The notes under the pieces were generated by a model. It was not told the DNA's origin, did no database searches, and saw only the letters and a list, made by a program, of their open reading frames with translations. A stretch of DNA of 64,000 bases from Candidatus Obscuribacterales bacterium (lineage in GTDB: Bacteria; Cyanobacteriota; Vampirovibrionia; Obscuribacterales; Obscuribacteraceae), in contig CBDDIJ010000003.1 in NCBI GenBank assembly GCA_965228855.1, forward strand, positions 3,168,001 to 3,232,000, given 5' to 3'. This document shows positions 31,330 to 41,518 of the stretch, piece by piece (the first letter of the stretch is position 1; the number at the start of each line of letters is the position of its first letter). The position numbers were made by a program, and so were the translations under genes.

Positions 31330-33297
31330 TTACTGCTTCGTCAAAGTTCTCTGGTCCTTCGGATTTGCCGGCAAGACCTGCAATAGCTCGCCCCAGAGGA
31401 ACCCCTGCGCAAAGTGGATTCCCAATTCTTGTAACACGGGGAGGTCCTCGCGACGTTCAACACCTTCAGCCACCACTTCCGCACCCAGTGATTTAGCAAC
31501 GTTTGTGAGCCGCTTCAACAGCCGCACTTTATACTTATCTTCCGAAATACCGGTCACATAAGTTCTATCGACCTTAATAACATCCGGTTCTAAGAAGATC
31601 AGAGTTTCAAGTGAATTTCTGCCGAAACCGATATCGTCGATCGCCACTAACACCCCGGCGGAACGCAGCTTCTGAACATGCTCTCGCATGAATGTCGGAT
31701 CGCCAATAAATTGCTGCTCACTGATTTCAACGCAGTATGTTCTTCCGCCCTTGTCCTGCGGAAAAATTTCGAGTAGACGTTCAATCGGCGTGTCAAGAAT
31801 TGTCGATGGAAACAGATTGACATGAACCCGCATGTTCTCCGCCACGTCGGCAGACATTTCGATTCCCAGCTTCAAACACTGAAGGTCGACTTGAGTCAGA
31901 ATGTTGTTATCAATACAGACTCTAAACAGGTCACCCGGATTCTCGAAAGCCCCATCAGGACCGCGAGTATAGATTTCGAAACCAGCAACCTGCTCAGTAG
32001 CCAGATCGATAATCGGTTGATAAACAGTTCTGAAATTACTTATATCGAGAAGGCTGTTAACAATCTCATCGCTGCCGGGCGGCATCTCAGCTTCACCACC
32101 ACCCTCTCGGGCCAGAGAAACTTTGTTCTTGCCCGTGACCTTACTGCGACGCAGAGCGCCACGGGTCAATGACAAAACCTCTTGCACATTGGCGACCTTA
32201 TGGGGCAGCATCGCTACGCCTATACTGACTGTGACTTGCACAACTTCCTGAAGATTGTGCATCGGATTGTCTGAAACAGCCATGCGAATACGCTCAGCCA
32301 CACGCAATCCGTAGGCGAGCTGGGTGTCCGGCAAAAGCACGAGAAACTCGTCGCGGTTATCGACACGAGCCACATGATCGGAAGGACGAAGTGTTGCCAG
32401 AATTCTGCGGGCAACGTCTTTCAAAACGATGTCACCAGCAGCGATACCAAGTTTGTCGTTAATCTGGGTAAAATTGTCGCAGTTAACACTGACGGCAATC
32501 ATATGACCACCGGCACGAGTAATCTTGTTCTCCTCGATAGCCAGTGCTTTTTCGAGTCCTCGAAGATTGTTGACCTCGGTCAACATATCGGTTCTCGAGA
32601 GACGATCGAGCTGTTCTTTAGTCAAAGTGAGTTCATTGGTGAGTTGTTCGATCTTCTCAGCATCGCTGGCTTCCGAGCGCCTACCACCCAGCGCTAGCAT
32701 AGTCACTGCGCCGGTTCCTACAAGAACGACAATCACAACAATCCATGGATACGGTCCAATCATGCGGTTGTATTCGCCAGCCTTGTTGCGCACAGCCTCG
32801 AACTCGTCTTCTTCCATTCGCGCGATCTGTCGCACGATTTCGCGCAACTCGCGATTCTCACCGCTCTTCTGAATAAGCTGTTCAGCCGGTCCCTTTCCTT
32901 GTGCCTTACGAACATCTGCAGATTGTTTCAATTCATCCAGCAAAAAAGTGACGCGCGCTGAGAGATTCCGAGTCTTCTCGCCGAACATGAGATCGCTCTG
33001 GCGCATGCTGTTTAGCATCGACAAATGATGCTTGATGCTCTTCGACGCCTCGTTGAACGAATCGAGGGAACGATCGTCGCCGGTCAGAATGAACGAATGA
33101 TGGCTGAACTCCGCATCGCGCAATCCTTCTTGCGCCAACTGCAATTCCTGGAAGAATGCGACCCGCTGCTCAAGCCAGATCTCAAGACTGCGTCCCAGCG
33201 GAAAAATCGACGGTACCCACGAGACGCACGCAATCCCGACCACAACGAACGCAGCCAGGAGAGCTAATATGGACTTGGTATTTAAGCGAGAGGCCAT
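31330..33297 (-). CDS. CHASE3 sensor + GGDEF-like + EAL c-di-GMP signalling protein
   Basis: TM-CHASE3-TM (DAE...SFILTGD), GGDEF fold with NRDEF signature, EAL fold (YQPI, EIYTR, DDIGFG, IKVDR, VVAEGVE, AQGF). Confidence 0.88.
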   Translation of the reverse strand: MASRLNTKSILALLAAFVVVGIACVSWVPSIFPLGRSLEIWLEQRVAFFQELQLAQEGLRDAEFSHHSFILTGDDRSLDSFNEASKSIKHHLSMLNSMRQSDLMFGEKTRNLSARVTFLLDELKQSADVRKAQGKGPAEQLIQKSGENRELREIVRQIARMEEDEFEAVRNKAGEYNRMIGPYPWIVVIVVLVGTGAVTMLALGGRRSEASDAEKIEQLTNELTLTKEQLDRLSRTDMLTEVNNLRGLEKALAIEENKITRAGGHMIAVSVNCDNFTQINDKLGIAAGDIVLKDVARRILATLRPSDHVARVDNRDEFLVLLPDTQLAYGLRVAERIRMAVSDNPMHNLQEVVQVTVSIGVAMLPHKVANVQEVLSLTRGALRRSKVTGKNKVSLAREGGGEAEMPPGSDEIVNSLLDISNFRTVYQPIIDLATEQVAGFEIYTRGPDGAFENPGDLFRVCIDNNILTQVDLQCLKLGIEMSADVAENMRVHVNLFPSTILDTPIERLLEIFPQDKGGRTYCVEISEQQFIGDPTFMREHVQKLRSAGVLVAIDDIGFGRNSLETLIFLEPDVIKVDRTYVTGISEDKYKVRLLKRLTNVAKSLGAEVVAEGVERREDLPVLQELGIHFAQGFLWGELLQVLPANPKDQRTLTKQ

Positions 33298-33431
33298 GAA
33301 ACCGCCGCCGAAGAGAGCCTATCTATAATTACACTCTATTAGTCTTAATCAAACATATTTGACTTATAAGACCATCAAGAGCGCTTGCCGAACACAAAAC
33401 GTGCGCCAGTCTGTCGTTATCAGACACAATT

Positions 33432-33550
33432 TTCTGCTAATTGAACGTTCTGCGGAGCCTGGAATTCTGCGGAGATGAGAATACTGCAGAACCTGGAAGT
33501 ACGCAAACAATGGGACTTCTGCGGAACCTGGAATTCTGCAGAGCTTTAGA
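33432..33550. repeat. Degenerate ~17-bp tandem repeat array, consensus TTCTGCRGARCCTGGAA, 6-7 units
   Basis: Units start at 33448, 33465, 33482, 33499, 33517 and 33534, with a partial unit at 33432. Confidence 0.75.
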
Positions 33551-33599
33551 GTCTTGAAACTGAGCAATCAGCAACGCCCACTACATGCTGACGGCGTTT

Positions 33600-35126
33600 C
33601 TAGCGCAGAATCAAGAGAACCACGAACAGCGCAATTACCGCCAATCCGATAGACACGTAATATAAGCCGGGATTCGAGCGGCGAAACTGCTGCGCGATAT
33701 CAATCAGTCGATTCGAGAATTGCTCGAACTCGCTGATCAAGTCAGCAATCTGAATGCCTGCTTTGCTGTTCGCGTGTTTCTGAACGGAAGCGTTTTTTTC
33801 GAGCTGAATCTTGCGCAATCCCTGAGCAGTCGTTCGCGGACGAGCAGGTTTGTGAGAACCCGAAGAAGTTATCCGCAAGAGATTCTGACTAGACGTCGTG
33901 CACAAGCGTTCGAGTTCTGAAGACGTTGAGTCTTTGCCATCGGCCGAGGATTTATTTTCGACCGGAGAACCAACTCGTTCATTCGAGGACGACGAGGTTG
34001 TGCCTCGAGATTGAGCGGCACGGGATATGTCCGTGACGTTGATGTCTTTTACGGTGGCGCGACTACTGGTAGTTTTCTTAGCCGCGCGTAGCGAAGCTTC
34101 AGAAGCTTCGATAGGATCGACATATTCCCAAATCGTGTTTAAATAATTTCGTGCATCCTGTGCGGTTTGAAACCGATCGCGCTGATCGCGCTCCAGAAGC
34201 TTAGCAACGAAAAGCTCAACTATTGTCGGAACGTCCGTCAACGCATTGAAATCGCGCGCGCTCTTCGTCTTCAAAATTGTTTCGCGCAAAGGGGGCGCCT
34301 TTTGATTCAGGCGATTCACCAGCGTCTCCATCGGCGAGTCACCCAGCAGAGGAGGCTGACCAGCGATCATTTCATACATCATGCATCCGAGCGAATAAAG
34401 GTCGCTTCGACAATCGACTTTCAACCCGGTTGCCTGCTCAGGACTCATGTATGCGGGACTTCCAAGTGCAGAACCAACCGCTGAAAGCGCGACCTGATCG
34501 TCACGATCGAGCAGCTTCGCAAGTCCAAAATCCAGAAGCTTTACGAGTCGCGGCTCACTCTCTTCTTCGAGCACCATGATATTGCTTGGCTTCAAATCGC
34601 GGTGCAAAATATTTTTCTTCTGGGCGTGAGCCAGGGCCGCTAGAATCTGCTCGACGATATCGAGAGTATCTCGCAGTGACAGCTGTCCACGCTCTTCAAT
34701 GTACTGATCCAGTGTTCTGCCCTGGAGATAATCCATCACCATATACGGTGCGGACTCGACATGCACCCCAAAGTCATATACGGTGATAACGTTTGGATGG
34801 TTGAGACTGCTTGCCGCTCTGGCTTCGCGCTGAAAGCGCATAATCAAGGTCGGATCAGCTTGAGTGGTATGAAGGACCTTTATAGCAACGACCTTGTCGA
34901 GAATCAGATGGCGAGCGCGATAGATGATTCCCATCGCACCGCTTCCTATTACGTCCAGAAGCTCGTATTTATCAGCGAAGTCTTGACCGTAGCGAAATCC
35001 TGTTTGCGAATCCAGCGCTGGTATTTCAACTGAAGAGCTAGAGTATTTAGCATCCTCGATTGGGTGCGCGTTAAATTCCCCGGAACCGGCCATATTCAAT
35101 GTACCATCGATAGAGGGAAAGGCCAC
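33600..35126 (-). CDS. Hanks-type Ser/Thr protein kinase with C-terminal TM anchor
   Basis: IGSGAMG, VAIK, HRDLKPSN, DFG, YMSPEQ, DLYSLG; terminal hydrophobic helix. Confidence 0.94.
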   Translation of the reverse strand: MAFPSIDGTLNMAGSGEFNAHPIEDAKYSSSSVEIPALDSQTGFRYGQDFADKYELLDVIGSGAMGIIYRARHLILDKVVAIKVLHTTQADPTLIMRFQREARAASSLNHPNVITVYDFGVHVESAPYMVMDYLQGRTLDQYIEERGQLSLRDTLDIVEQILAALAHAQKKNILHRDLKPSNIMVLEEESEPRLVKLLDFGLAKLLDRDDQVALSAVGSALGSPAYMSPEQATGLKVDCRSDLYSLGCMMYEMIAGQPPLLGDSPMETLVNRLNQKAPPLRETILKTKSARDFNALTDVPTIVELFVAKLLERDQRDRFQTAQDARNYLNTIWEYVDPIEASEASLRAAKKTTSSRATVKDINVTDISRAAQSRGTTSSSSNERVGSPVENKSSADGKDSTSSELERLCTTSSQNLLRITSSGSHKPARPRTTAQGLRKIQLEKNASVQKHANSKAGIQIADLISEFEQFSNRLIDIAQQFRRSNPGLYYVSIGLAVIALFVVLLILR

Positions 35127-35251
35127 TGATTGCTCTTTCTAGCGCCGACCAACTTCGAGAAATTTAGCGCGGCTTTTAGTAAAGGAAAGGACGACAAGTC
35201 CTAGTAGACAATACCATATATGATGCCTTTAATAAATGCAAGTTATCAGTC

Positions 35252-35281
35252 AAAGGGCGCCGAAAAACTCGGCGCCCTTTT
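35252..35281. terminator. Intrinsic terminator downstream of glnN
   Basis: Perfect 12-bp inverted repeat AAAGGGCGCCGA-AAAAC-TCGGCGCCCTTT. Confidence 0.8.
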
Positions 35282-35309
35282 GGCATTGCATATGGTGGCG
35301 GTTAGAGCT

Positions 35310-37592
35310 CTAGTAGATATAGAGCATTTCGCGGAACTTGGGCAGCGGCCAGATCGAATCATCGACCAATACCTCGAGTTCGTCAGCAGCATCACGCACG
35401 GCTTGCATTGCTGGAATGACTTCGTCCTGGTAGAACTTTGCCATCACGTAGCTTTCAGAGTCGCCGTGGCCATGACCACCGTTGCCGTTGCCGGCGTTGT
35501 TCATCGGTTGTTCCAGACGCTCCAGAGCCAACAGCAATTCGCTGATTTTCTCAGTGAGGTCGCGAAGCATATTCTCTTCTACAGTCAGGTTGATACCACC
35601 GAGAGCGGATTTTGTTTGAACTATAGTCGATGCAACTCGGCTCTGATATTCCAGCGCCGCCGGGAGAATCATCGTACGAGCGATGCTCTTGGTCAGCAAC
35701 CATTCGATGTTGACGGTTTTGCAGAATTGAGCGACGAAGACGTTATAGCGTCCAACCAACTCATCTTCCGAGAGCACACCGTATTTGACCAGCAATTCCT
35801 TAGCGTCGTCTTTGACGATCTCCGGAAGTGCTTCGACCGTGTTATGCAAGTTCGGCAAGCCACGACGAGCCGCTTCATCATGCCATTCGGCGGAGTAGTT
35901 GTCTCCGTTGAACAGAATGCGCTGGTTTTCTTTCAGCGTTTCACGAACCAGTTTTTCGGCAGCAGCGTTAATTTCCATGCCGCCTTTGACTAGATCTTCG
36001 AGTTCGTCGGTCATATAGTCGATCGACTCGGCGACCATGGTGTTCAGCAGGGTATTAGGGAAGGCAATTGATTGGCTCGAACCCAGAGCGCGGAATTCGA
36101 ATTTGTTTCCGGTGAAAGCGAATGGCGAGGTTCTGTTTCTATCGCTATCGTCACGCGGTAGATCCGGCAGTGTGGAAACACCAAATTTCAGATTGACCTT
36201 TCCATGGGCGCTCTTCATCTCCTTCTGTCCAGCGATCAGCGCATCCACGACAGCGGTGAGTTGATCACCCAGGTAGATGCTCATGATGGCTGGAGGTGCT
36301 TCGTTTGCACCGAGACGATGGTCATTGCCTGCATGGGCGATGCCGGCACGCAACAGACCTGCGTGCTTGTTAACGGCGCGGCAGACCGCGGTCAACAGTA
36401 CGAGGAACTGTGTGTTTTCCAGCGGAGTAGAACCTGGCTCGAGAAGATTGTTACCTTCATCGTCGGCCATGGACCAGTTGTTATGTTTGCCACTTCCATT
36501 GACACCACTGAAAGGCTTCTCGTGGAACAGGCAACGAAGTCCGTGCTTCTGAGCGGTCTTTCTGAACACTTCCATCAGAAGCAAATTGTGATCGCAAGCG
36601 ATGTTGCTTTGTTCGAATACTGGGGCAACTTCGAACTGAGCAGGTGCAACTTCGTTGTGACGAGTCTTGACCGGCACTCCGAGCTTATAGAGCTCGCTCT
36701 CCGCGTCCATCATAAACGCCAGAACGCGCTCCTTGATAGACCCCCAGTAGTGGTCTTCCATCTCCTGACCTTTCGGTGGACGAGCGCCGAACAGCGCCCG
36801 ACCGCAGTTGATGATATCGGGACGGGCAAGGTAGAACGCTTCATCAATCAAGAAATATTCTTGCTCCGGACCGACAGTGCTGATGATGCGCTTGACCGTT
36901 TTGTTTCCGAGCATGTGCAACAAACGCACCGCTGATCTATTCAGTGCATCGAGCGAGCGCAGTAACGGTGTTTTCTTATCGAGCGCATGTCCGCTGTACG
37001 AGCAGAAAACAGTAGGAATACAAAGAGTCTTTCCATTCGTGCTCTCCATGAGGAAAGCAGGACTTGTCGGATCCCAACCGGTATATCCGCGCGCTTCGAA
37101 TGTCGATCTGATACCACCGGACGGGAAGCTTGATGCGTCAGGTTCGCCTTGAATCAAGAGCTTTCCGGAGAATTCGAGAATCGCGCCGCCTTCGTGACCG
37201 CCGGAGACCAGGAAGGAATCGTGCTTCTCGGCGGTGGCTTCACTCATCGGATGGAACCAGTGCGTGAAGTGCGTCGCGCCTCGTGCCAGCGCCCAATCCT
37301 TCATAGCGTTAGCAACGATGTCAGCCATCGCCGGGTCTAGCTGCTCGCCATGATCGAGGCAACGAACGAGAGCTTTGTAAACGTTTTTAGGAAGCAACGT
37401 GCGCATAACGTGACGGTTGAACACGTTGACGCCGAAGATTTCCGATACAGGCGTAACCGTGTAATCAACACCGCTTCTGACCGGCTCCCGATTGCGCACC
37501 GCCTGTAGTGCCTCTTGCCGTGCCGAAGCTTGACCTTGCCCGCGACTTCTCATCGACGCTAATTTCCCTTGTGAGTCTACTCTTACTGTCAT
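35310..37592 (-). CDS. glnN: Glutamine synthetase type III
   Basis: HWFHP, AEKHD, EPDASSFPSGG, EQEYF, HNEVAP, NGSGKHNNWS, HRLGANEAPP, DRNRTSPFAFTGNKFEFR. Confidence 0.95.
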   Translation of the reverse strand: MTVRVDSQGKLASMRSRGQGQASARQEALQAVRNREPVRSGVDYTVTPVSEIFGVNVFNRHVMRTLLPKNVYKALVRCLDHGEQLDPAMADIVANAMKDWALARGATHFTHWFHPMSEATAEKHDSFLVSGGHEGGAILEFSGKLLIQGEPDASSFPSGGIRSTFEARGYTGWDPTSPAFLMESTNGKTLCIPTVFCSYSGHALDKKTPLLRSLDALNRSAVRLLHMLGNKTVKRIISTVGPEQEYFLIDEAFYLARPDIINCGRALFGARPPKGQEMEDHYWGSIKERVLAFMMDAESELYKLGVPVKTRHNEVAPAQFEVAPVFEQSNIACDHNLLLMEVFRKTAQKHGLRCLFHEKPFSGVNGSGKHNNWSMADDEGNNLLEPGSTPLENTQFLVLLTAVCRAVNKHAGLLRAGIAHAGNDHRLGANEAPPAIMSIYLGDQLTAVVDALIAGQKEMKSAHGKVNLKFGVSTLPDLPRDDSDRNRTSPFAFTGNKFEFRALGSSQSIAFPNTLLNTMVAESIDYMTDELEDLVKGGMEINAAAEKLVRETLKENQRILFNGDNYSAEWHDEAARRGLPNLHNTVEALPEIVKDDAKELLVKYGVLSEDELVGRYNVFVAQFCKTVNIEWLLTKSIARTMILPAALEYQSRVASTIVQTKSALGGINLTVEENMLRDLTEKISELLLALERLEQPMNNAGNGNGGHGHGDSESYVMAKFYQDEVIPAMQAVRDAADELEVLVDDSIWPLPKFREMLYIY

Positions 37593-37689
37593 ATATGGTC
37601 TTTCCTCTCGCTTTGCGGCACTACAAACGTTCCGTATTCAGTTTTGCGTACTATATAAAACCAATTTCGGTTTAAAACAAACCGCGCCT

Positions 37690-38103
37690 TTAAATTCCAA
37701 TCGCCTTCAGAATCACTCGCTTTTTCCGCTGTCCATCGAACTCTGCATAGAAAATCTGTTCCCACGGTCCCAGGTCTAGTTTGCCTTCAGTGACGGGGAC
37801 CATAACCTGATGATTGATTAAGATGCGCTTCAGATGAGCATCTCCATTATCTTCGCCGGTGTTGTGATGGTGGTAATCAGGATTTACAGGAGCAAGTTTT
37901 TCAAGCCATTCGTCTATATCTTTGATTAGTCCGTTTTCCCAATCATTGATATAAACACCTGCAGTGATGTGCATTGCGGATACAAGAATGAAACCTTCCT
38001 TGATACCACTCTCGTCAAGAAAGTCTTTCACATCGTCAGTGAGACGGATGTATTCGCGCCTCTTCTTGGTATCGAACACGAGATACTTTGTGTGTGATTT
38101 CAT
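37690..38103 (-). CDS. yjbQ: YjbQ / UPF0047 family protein
   Basis: [33 protein letters not shown]. Start at ATG 38103. Confidence 0.9.
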   Translation of the reverse strand: MKSHTKYLVFDTKKRREYIRLTDDVKDFLDESGIKEGFILVSAMHITAGVYINDWENGLIKDIDEWLEKLAPVNPDYHHHNTGEDNGDAHLKRILINHQVMVPVTEGKLDLGPWEQIFYAEFDGQRKKRVILKAIGI

Positions 38104-38401
38104 GCCTTCAGCGACGGCCACGACTGTACCTCCCAACGTTCAAACACTAACGCCCGAGCAAAACGCAATTCGCGACAGAAGTCGTTAAAGCGAACCCGTA
38201 TATCCAGTAGCGCTACATCCGGCTACCAAGCCGGTTGCGGCTATTCTAATAGATTGGACTCGATGTTCCATTAACTGTCAACGATTCTCGCTTGGCAGCT
38301 TTACACAACCGGAAACCGGGCGTAGAAAGGCTCTTCGGAAGCTTGTCAACGCCACATTCGACAAATGTTTCGAGATGTCTATATCAAGATTGTGTAAAGC
38401 A

Positions 38402-39592
38402 TCAGCGAATGGCGCCGGTTTTCAGCCAGTTGAGGGAGGTGAAGTCGATGTTCTGTCCTCGTATACTCGGCAGCACAGGCAGCTCCGCAATTTGCTCCCA
38501 GGGCTTGGTGATGTTGATGCTGCGCAGCGAGTTTTGCGCGGCCTGATAGTCGACGAATTTCGGAACGGCCGGCTGCCAACTCTGCAAACGAGGAAGCCAG
38601 ACCGACTCCAGCGTAAACGCTGTCTGCCGCTCGGTATCAAGCACAAGCGTTTGCAGTTTCGGTGAAAAAGTTTCTGCTGTTCCAGCTTTTACAGCGGCGT
38701 TAAACTCACGCGCTTGACCGACGAAATAGGCACGCTGACTGCCTCTTGAAACGATACCTAGATCTTGAGTTGCGACCAGATCAAACTGCCCGGGGCGAGT
38801 TCCAATCGGACTCTCAGGGCCGTGCGTGTGAAACAAGATACGTCCTGGTTTGTCGCTGAACCCAGGATCAATAGACTCCGCTTTTCCGACGATAGGCTTG
38901 CTGATTTTCATGCGCAAAAGATCGACGGATCGCCCGGTTTCTACGCCTTGCCACGGGTGTTTCGAAGCTAGCATTTCGCCGAGATCGAGAGCGTTAACTT
39001 TTCCATCGGCGTGCAAAATACCTGAGGGCAACTGCATTTTGCCTGGACCGCGAAACGCCCATTGCTCAGCAACAAACTCCTTCGAAGCGGCAGTGGCATT
39101 TTTGACGGACTGAGGAGTATTTCGCTCAATCATATTTCCGATGGCTTTGTATGAATTCGGCATGCCGACCGCTTTTACAGCGAGTGACCCGCCGAGCAGC
39201 ATCCCGGGCGTTGCCTCGATCATCGTTGCGCCTTCGCGCGCCAAGCTCTTCGAATAGCGGTCTACAAGCTGATTTCTTTGAAGATCTGTGTTTGCGTCCG
39301 CCGCCTGCCCCACAAAGTCGATCGCATGTCCGCCGTAACGGACCGCCTCATAGCCAGCCACTCCAGCCACGAGTAATCCACCAACCTTCGGCGCTTTAGA
39401 AAGCAACGCGGTCATTCCGAAACCCGCGGCTGTAGAAACTCCGAAGGTCGTTCCCAGTTTACTTGAGTTCTGCATGTCGTCGCTGAGTTGGTTGTAGAGC
39501 GCCGTCGGCGTCGCGGCGATCACGTCACGCGTGGCCTTGAGCACGTTCTCAGTGCTGGACTGCTCGTCTCTAAACCCAAACTCGGAACCCAA
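38402..39592 (-). CDS. Hypothetical protein with N-terminal hydrophobic helices and a possible JAB/MPN-like motif
   Basis: 396-aa ORF; VETG...LFHTHGPESPIGTRPGQFD resembles E...HxH...P..D. Confidence 0.6.
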   Translation of the reverse strand: MGSEFGFRDEQSSTENVLKATRDVIAATPTALYNQLSDDMQNSSKLGTTFGVSTAAGFGMTALLSKAPKVGGLLVAGVAGYEAVRYGGHAIDFVGQAADANTDLQRNQLVDRYSKSLAREGATMIEATPGMLLGGSLAVKAVGMPNSYKAIGNMIERNTPQSVKNATAASKEFVAEQWAFRGPGKMQLPSGILHADGKVNALDLGEMLASKHPWQGVETGRSVDLLRMKISKPIVGKAESIDPGFSDKPGRILFHTHGPESPIGTRPGQFDLVATQDLGIVSRGSQRAYFVGQAREFNAAVKAGTAETFSPKLQTLVLDTERQTAFTLESVWLPRLQSWQPAVPKFVDYQAAQNSLRSINITKPWEQIAELPVLPSIRGQNIDFTSLNWLKTGAIR

Positions 39593-39709
39593 AGTAACGT
39601 CAATGCCTATGTGCAGTGTCTGACAGGCATAATAGATAAACGAGTAGCTTATGTCATTGGGGAAAGTACGAATGCGCGCGAAGTCAAGCTAGCAGGCGCT
39701 TTCCGGCAC

Positions 39710-41083
39710 TTAATCTGGCGATTTTACAGCTGGGTCTGCTTCGACTTCAGCTTTTCCGGCGCCATCCAGCAATGCAAGCGCAGTTTTTGCGTCGCTGTTG
39801 CTGGGCTCCTTCTTCAGGGCGGTCACGTAAGCAATCCTGGCCTCAGCTTTGTCGCCTTTCTTTTCCAACAGCTGACCGAGCTGATACCACAACGATGAGT
39901 ACTGAGGACTGTTCTTCAGAGCGGCGCGAAACTCGGTTTCGGCTTTAGCCAGATCGCCCTTGGATTGCGCCAACCATCCGAGATCAACATGGAGCGCCGT
40001 CGAATCGGGATCGACTTTTACAGCCTTGGACATCTCCGCCATCGCTTCGTCCTTCTTGCCGTTTTTATCGAGCAAGTAGGCAAAGTCCGCATGCGCAAAG
40101 GCGTCGCTTGGATCGATCGAGAACGTCGATTGATAGTATTCTTCCGCGCGTTTGAAGTCGCCCTTGCTGGCGTAAGCGAACGCAAGCGACCTGTGAATCG
40201 CCACATCGTTCGGCAAATAGGTTCGCGACCATAGCAATTCGGAAATTGCTTCATTCCAATCTGACTTTTGCGCCTGCTCGACTCCGCGCTTGTAATGCGC
40301 TTGGGCGGCTTCGATGCGCAGGTCGCGCTGTTGTTGTTCACTCAGCGGAATCGGCTCGCACAAACCGAGGACCATCAGAAACTCGGCGAATGCGCGCATA
40401 GGTTTCCCGCGCATGAATGCAACTAAACAGTAGTCGCGGTGCGCAATCTTAAGATTCGGCATGTACATAATCGCCGAACGCAATTCCAATTCGGCGAGTT
40501 CCATATTATTGATTTTGGAATAGTATTTCGAAGCATCAAAGTGCTGAACCGCCTGGTGCTGCTGCATCAACGCAATCTGCTGTTTACTCTGATTGGCAAA
40601 ATACTCTTCGTCCTGAACAGCCGAGTCGAGCGGAGTCACCAGACTCGCCTGCTTGGCTGTAACACTACTTGCGGTGCCATTGTCTACACTGCTTGTCGTT
40701 TCGGATGCCTCGTCTGCCGTATCAGGTTTTCCACCAGCGGAAGCATTACCCTTGGTGGTATCTTTACCAGCATTTGTAGTGGCGGATTCGGTGGCAGTTT
40801 GCGTGGCAGCTTTGGTGGCAGATTTAGTGGCAGCTCTGGTGAGAGTTTGCGTGGTACTCGTGGTAGCAGAGCTGGTGGCAGGAGCGGTGGCCGTTTGCGG
40901 GTCCTTTGTGTTTGCAGAACTGGTGGCAGTTTGCTTGGCATTCGTGGTGTCAGAACTGATGGCAGCATCGGTAGCAGTTCCAGGTGCGGCGAGCGCGCTC
41001 AAGTTTGCCGAAGTCACGCTGCAAGTCAGCGCGACTGCAACAGCACCCGCTAAACGTTTTTGAAAAGACCCTGGTAAAAACAT
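39710..41083 (-). CDS. Secreted TPR protein with Thr/Ala-rich linker
   Basis: Signal peptide, T/A-rich repeat region (40740-40990), multiple C-terminal TPRs. Confidence 0.85.
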   Translation of the reverse strand: MFLPGSFQKRLAGAVAVALTCSVTSANLSALAAPGTATDAAISSDTTNAKQTATSSANTKDPQTATAPATSSATTSTTQTLTRAATKSATKAATQTATESATTNAGKDTTKGNASAGGKPDTADEASETTSSVDNGTASSVTAKQASLVTPLDSAVQDEEYFANQSKQQIALMQQHQAVQHFDASKYYSKINNMELAELELRSAIMYMPNLKIAHRDYCLVAFMRGKPMRAFAEFLMVLGLCEPIPLSEQQQRDLRIEAAQAHYKRGVEQAQKSDWNEAISELLWSRTYLPNDVAIHRSLAFAYASKGDFKRAEEYYQSTFSIDPSDAFAHADFAYLLDKNGKKDEAMAEMSKAVKVDPDSTALHVDLGWLAQSKGDLAKAETEFRAALKNSPQYSSLWYQLGQLLEKKGDKAEARIAYVTALKKEPSNSDAKTALALLDGAGKAEVEADPAVKSPD

Positions 41084-41518
41084 ACGAAAACCGCCTGGCA
41101 AAACGAACGAGACTACATGCTTTCAATCGGCAGCTCTTATTATGACACCATTGCCGCGCGAACCTACAGATCGTATTTCCTGTCGCATCTTTAGTGTTTT
41201 CCCCAGCGACGCCGCCAGCCGGAGCGTCTTCTGGTCACTTGCCGCATCGGGTCGGTATGGTCCGGTCTGGCAATATCGATTTTGGTGGTCCAAATCGTGC
41301 CTACTTATCTGGATTCCTGCAGAAACCCTACCCCGCTCAGTAGGCATTAGCGGTGAACAAACGGTCGGAACCGATTGGATGTTGTCGAAGACGCCGCGTT
41401 GAAAATGATGTTCCCGGGCCGTTCTGACGCCGACAAGGTTTCAGCTTGCCTTAAGATTCCAGCCTGAATCATTAGTTGGAAACCGCCGCCAGACGCGAGG
41501 AAACCGCCAGCCGCGATG

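Noticed and set aside
33432..33550. CRISPR array
   Set aside because: Units are only ~17 bp, the intervening segments are degenerate copies of the unit rather than unique spacers, and no cas genes are present.
35220..37340. Long plus-strand ORFs opposite glnN (similar shadows occur opposite typA, lpxI and the CHAT gene)
   Set aside because: Antisense shadow frames of well-supported genes, with no protein-family motifs.
37593..37689. Glutamine (glnA) riboswitch upstream of glnN
   Set aside because: The conserved CGTT...GGAAGTA...GAACG elements could not be found in order.
40740..40990. GTGGCAG-type DNA repeats
   Set aside because: Explained by the Thr/Ala-rich linker codons of the TPR protein.
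41123..41516. Small CDS or ncRNA between lpxI and the TPR gene
   Set aside because: Short ORFs in several frames lack an RBS or recognisable motif, and no convincing RNA structure was seen.
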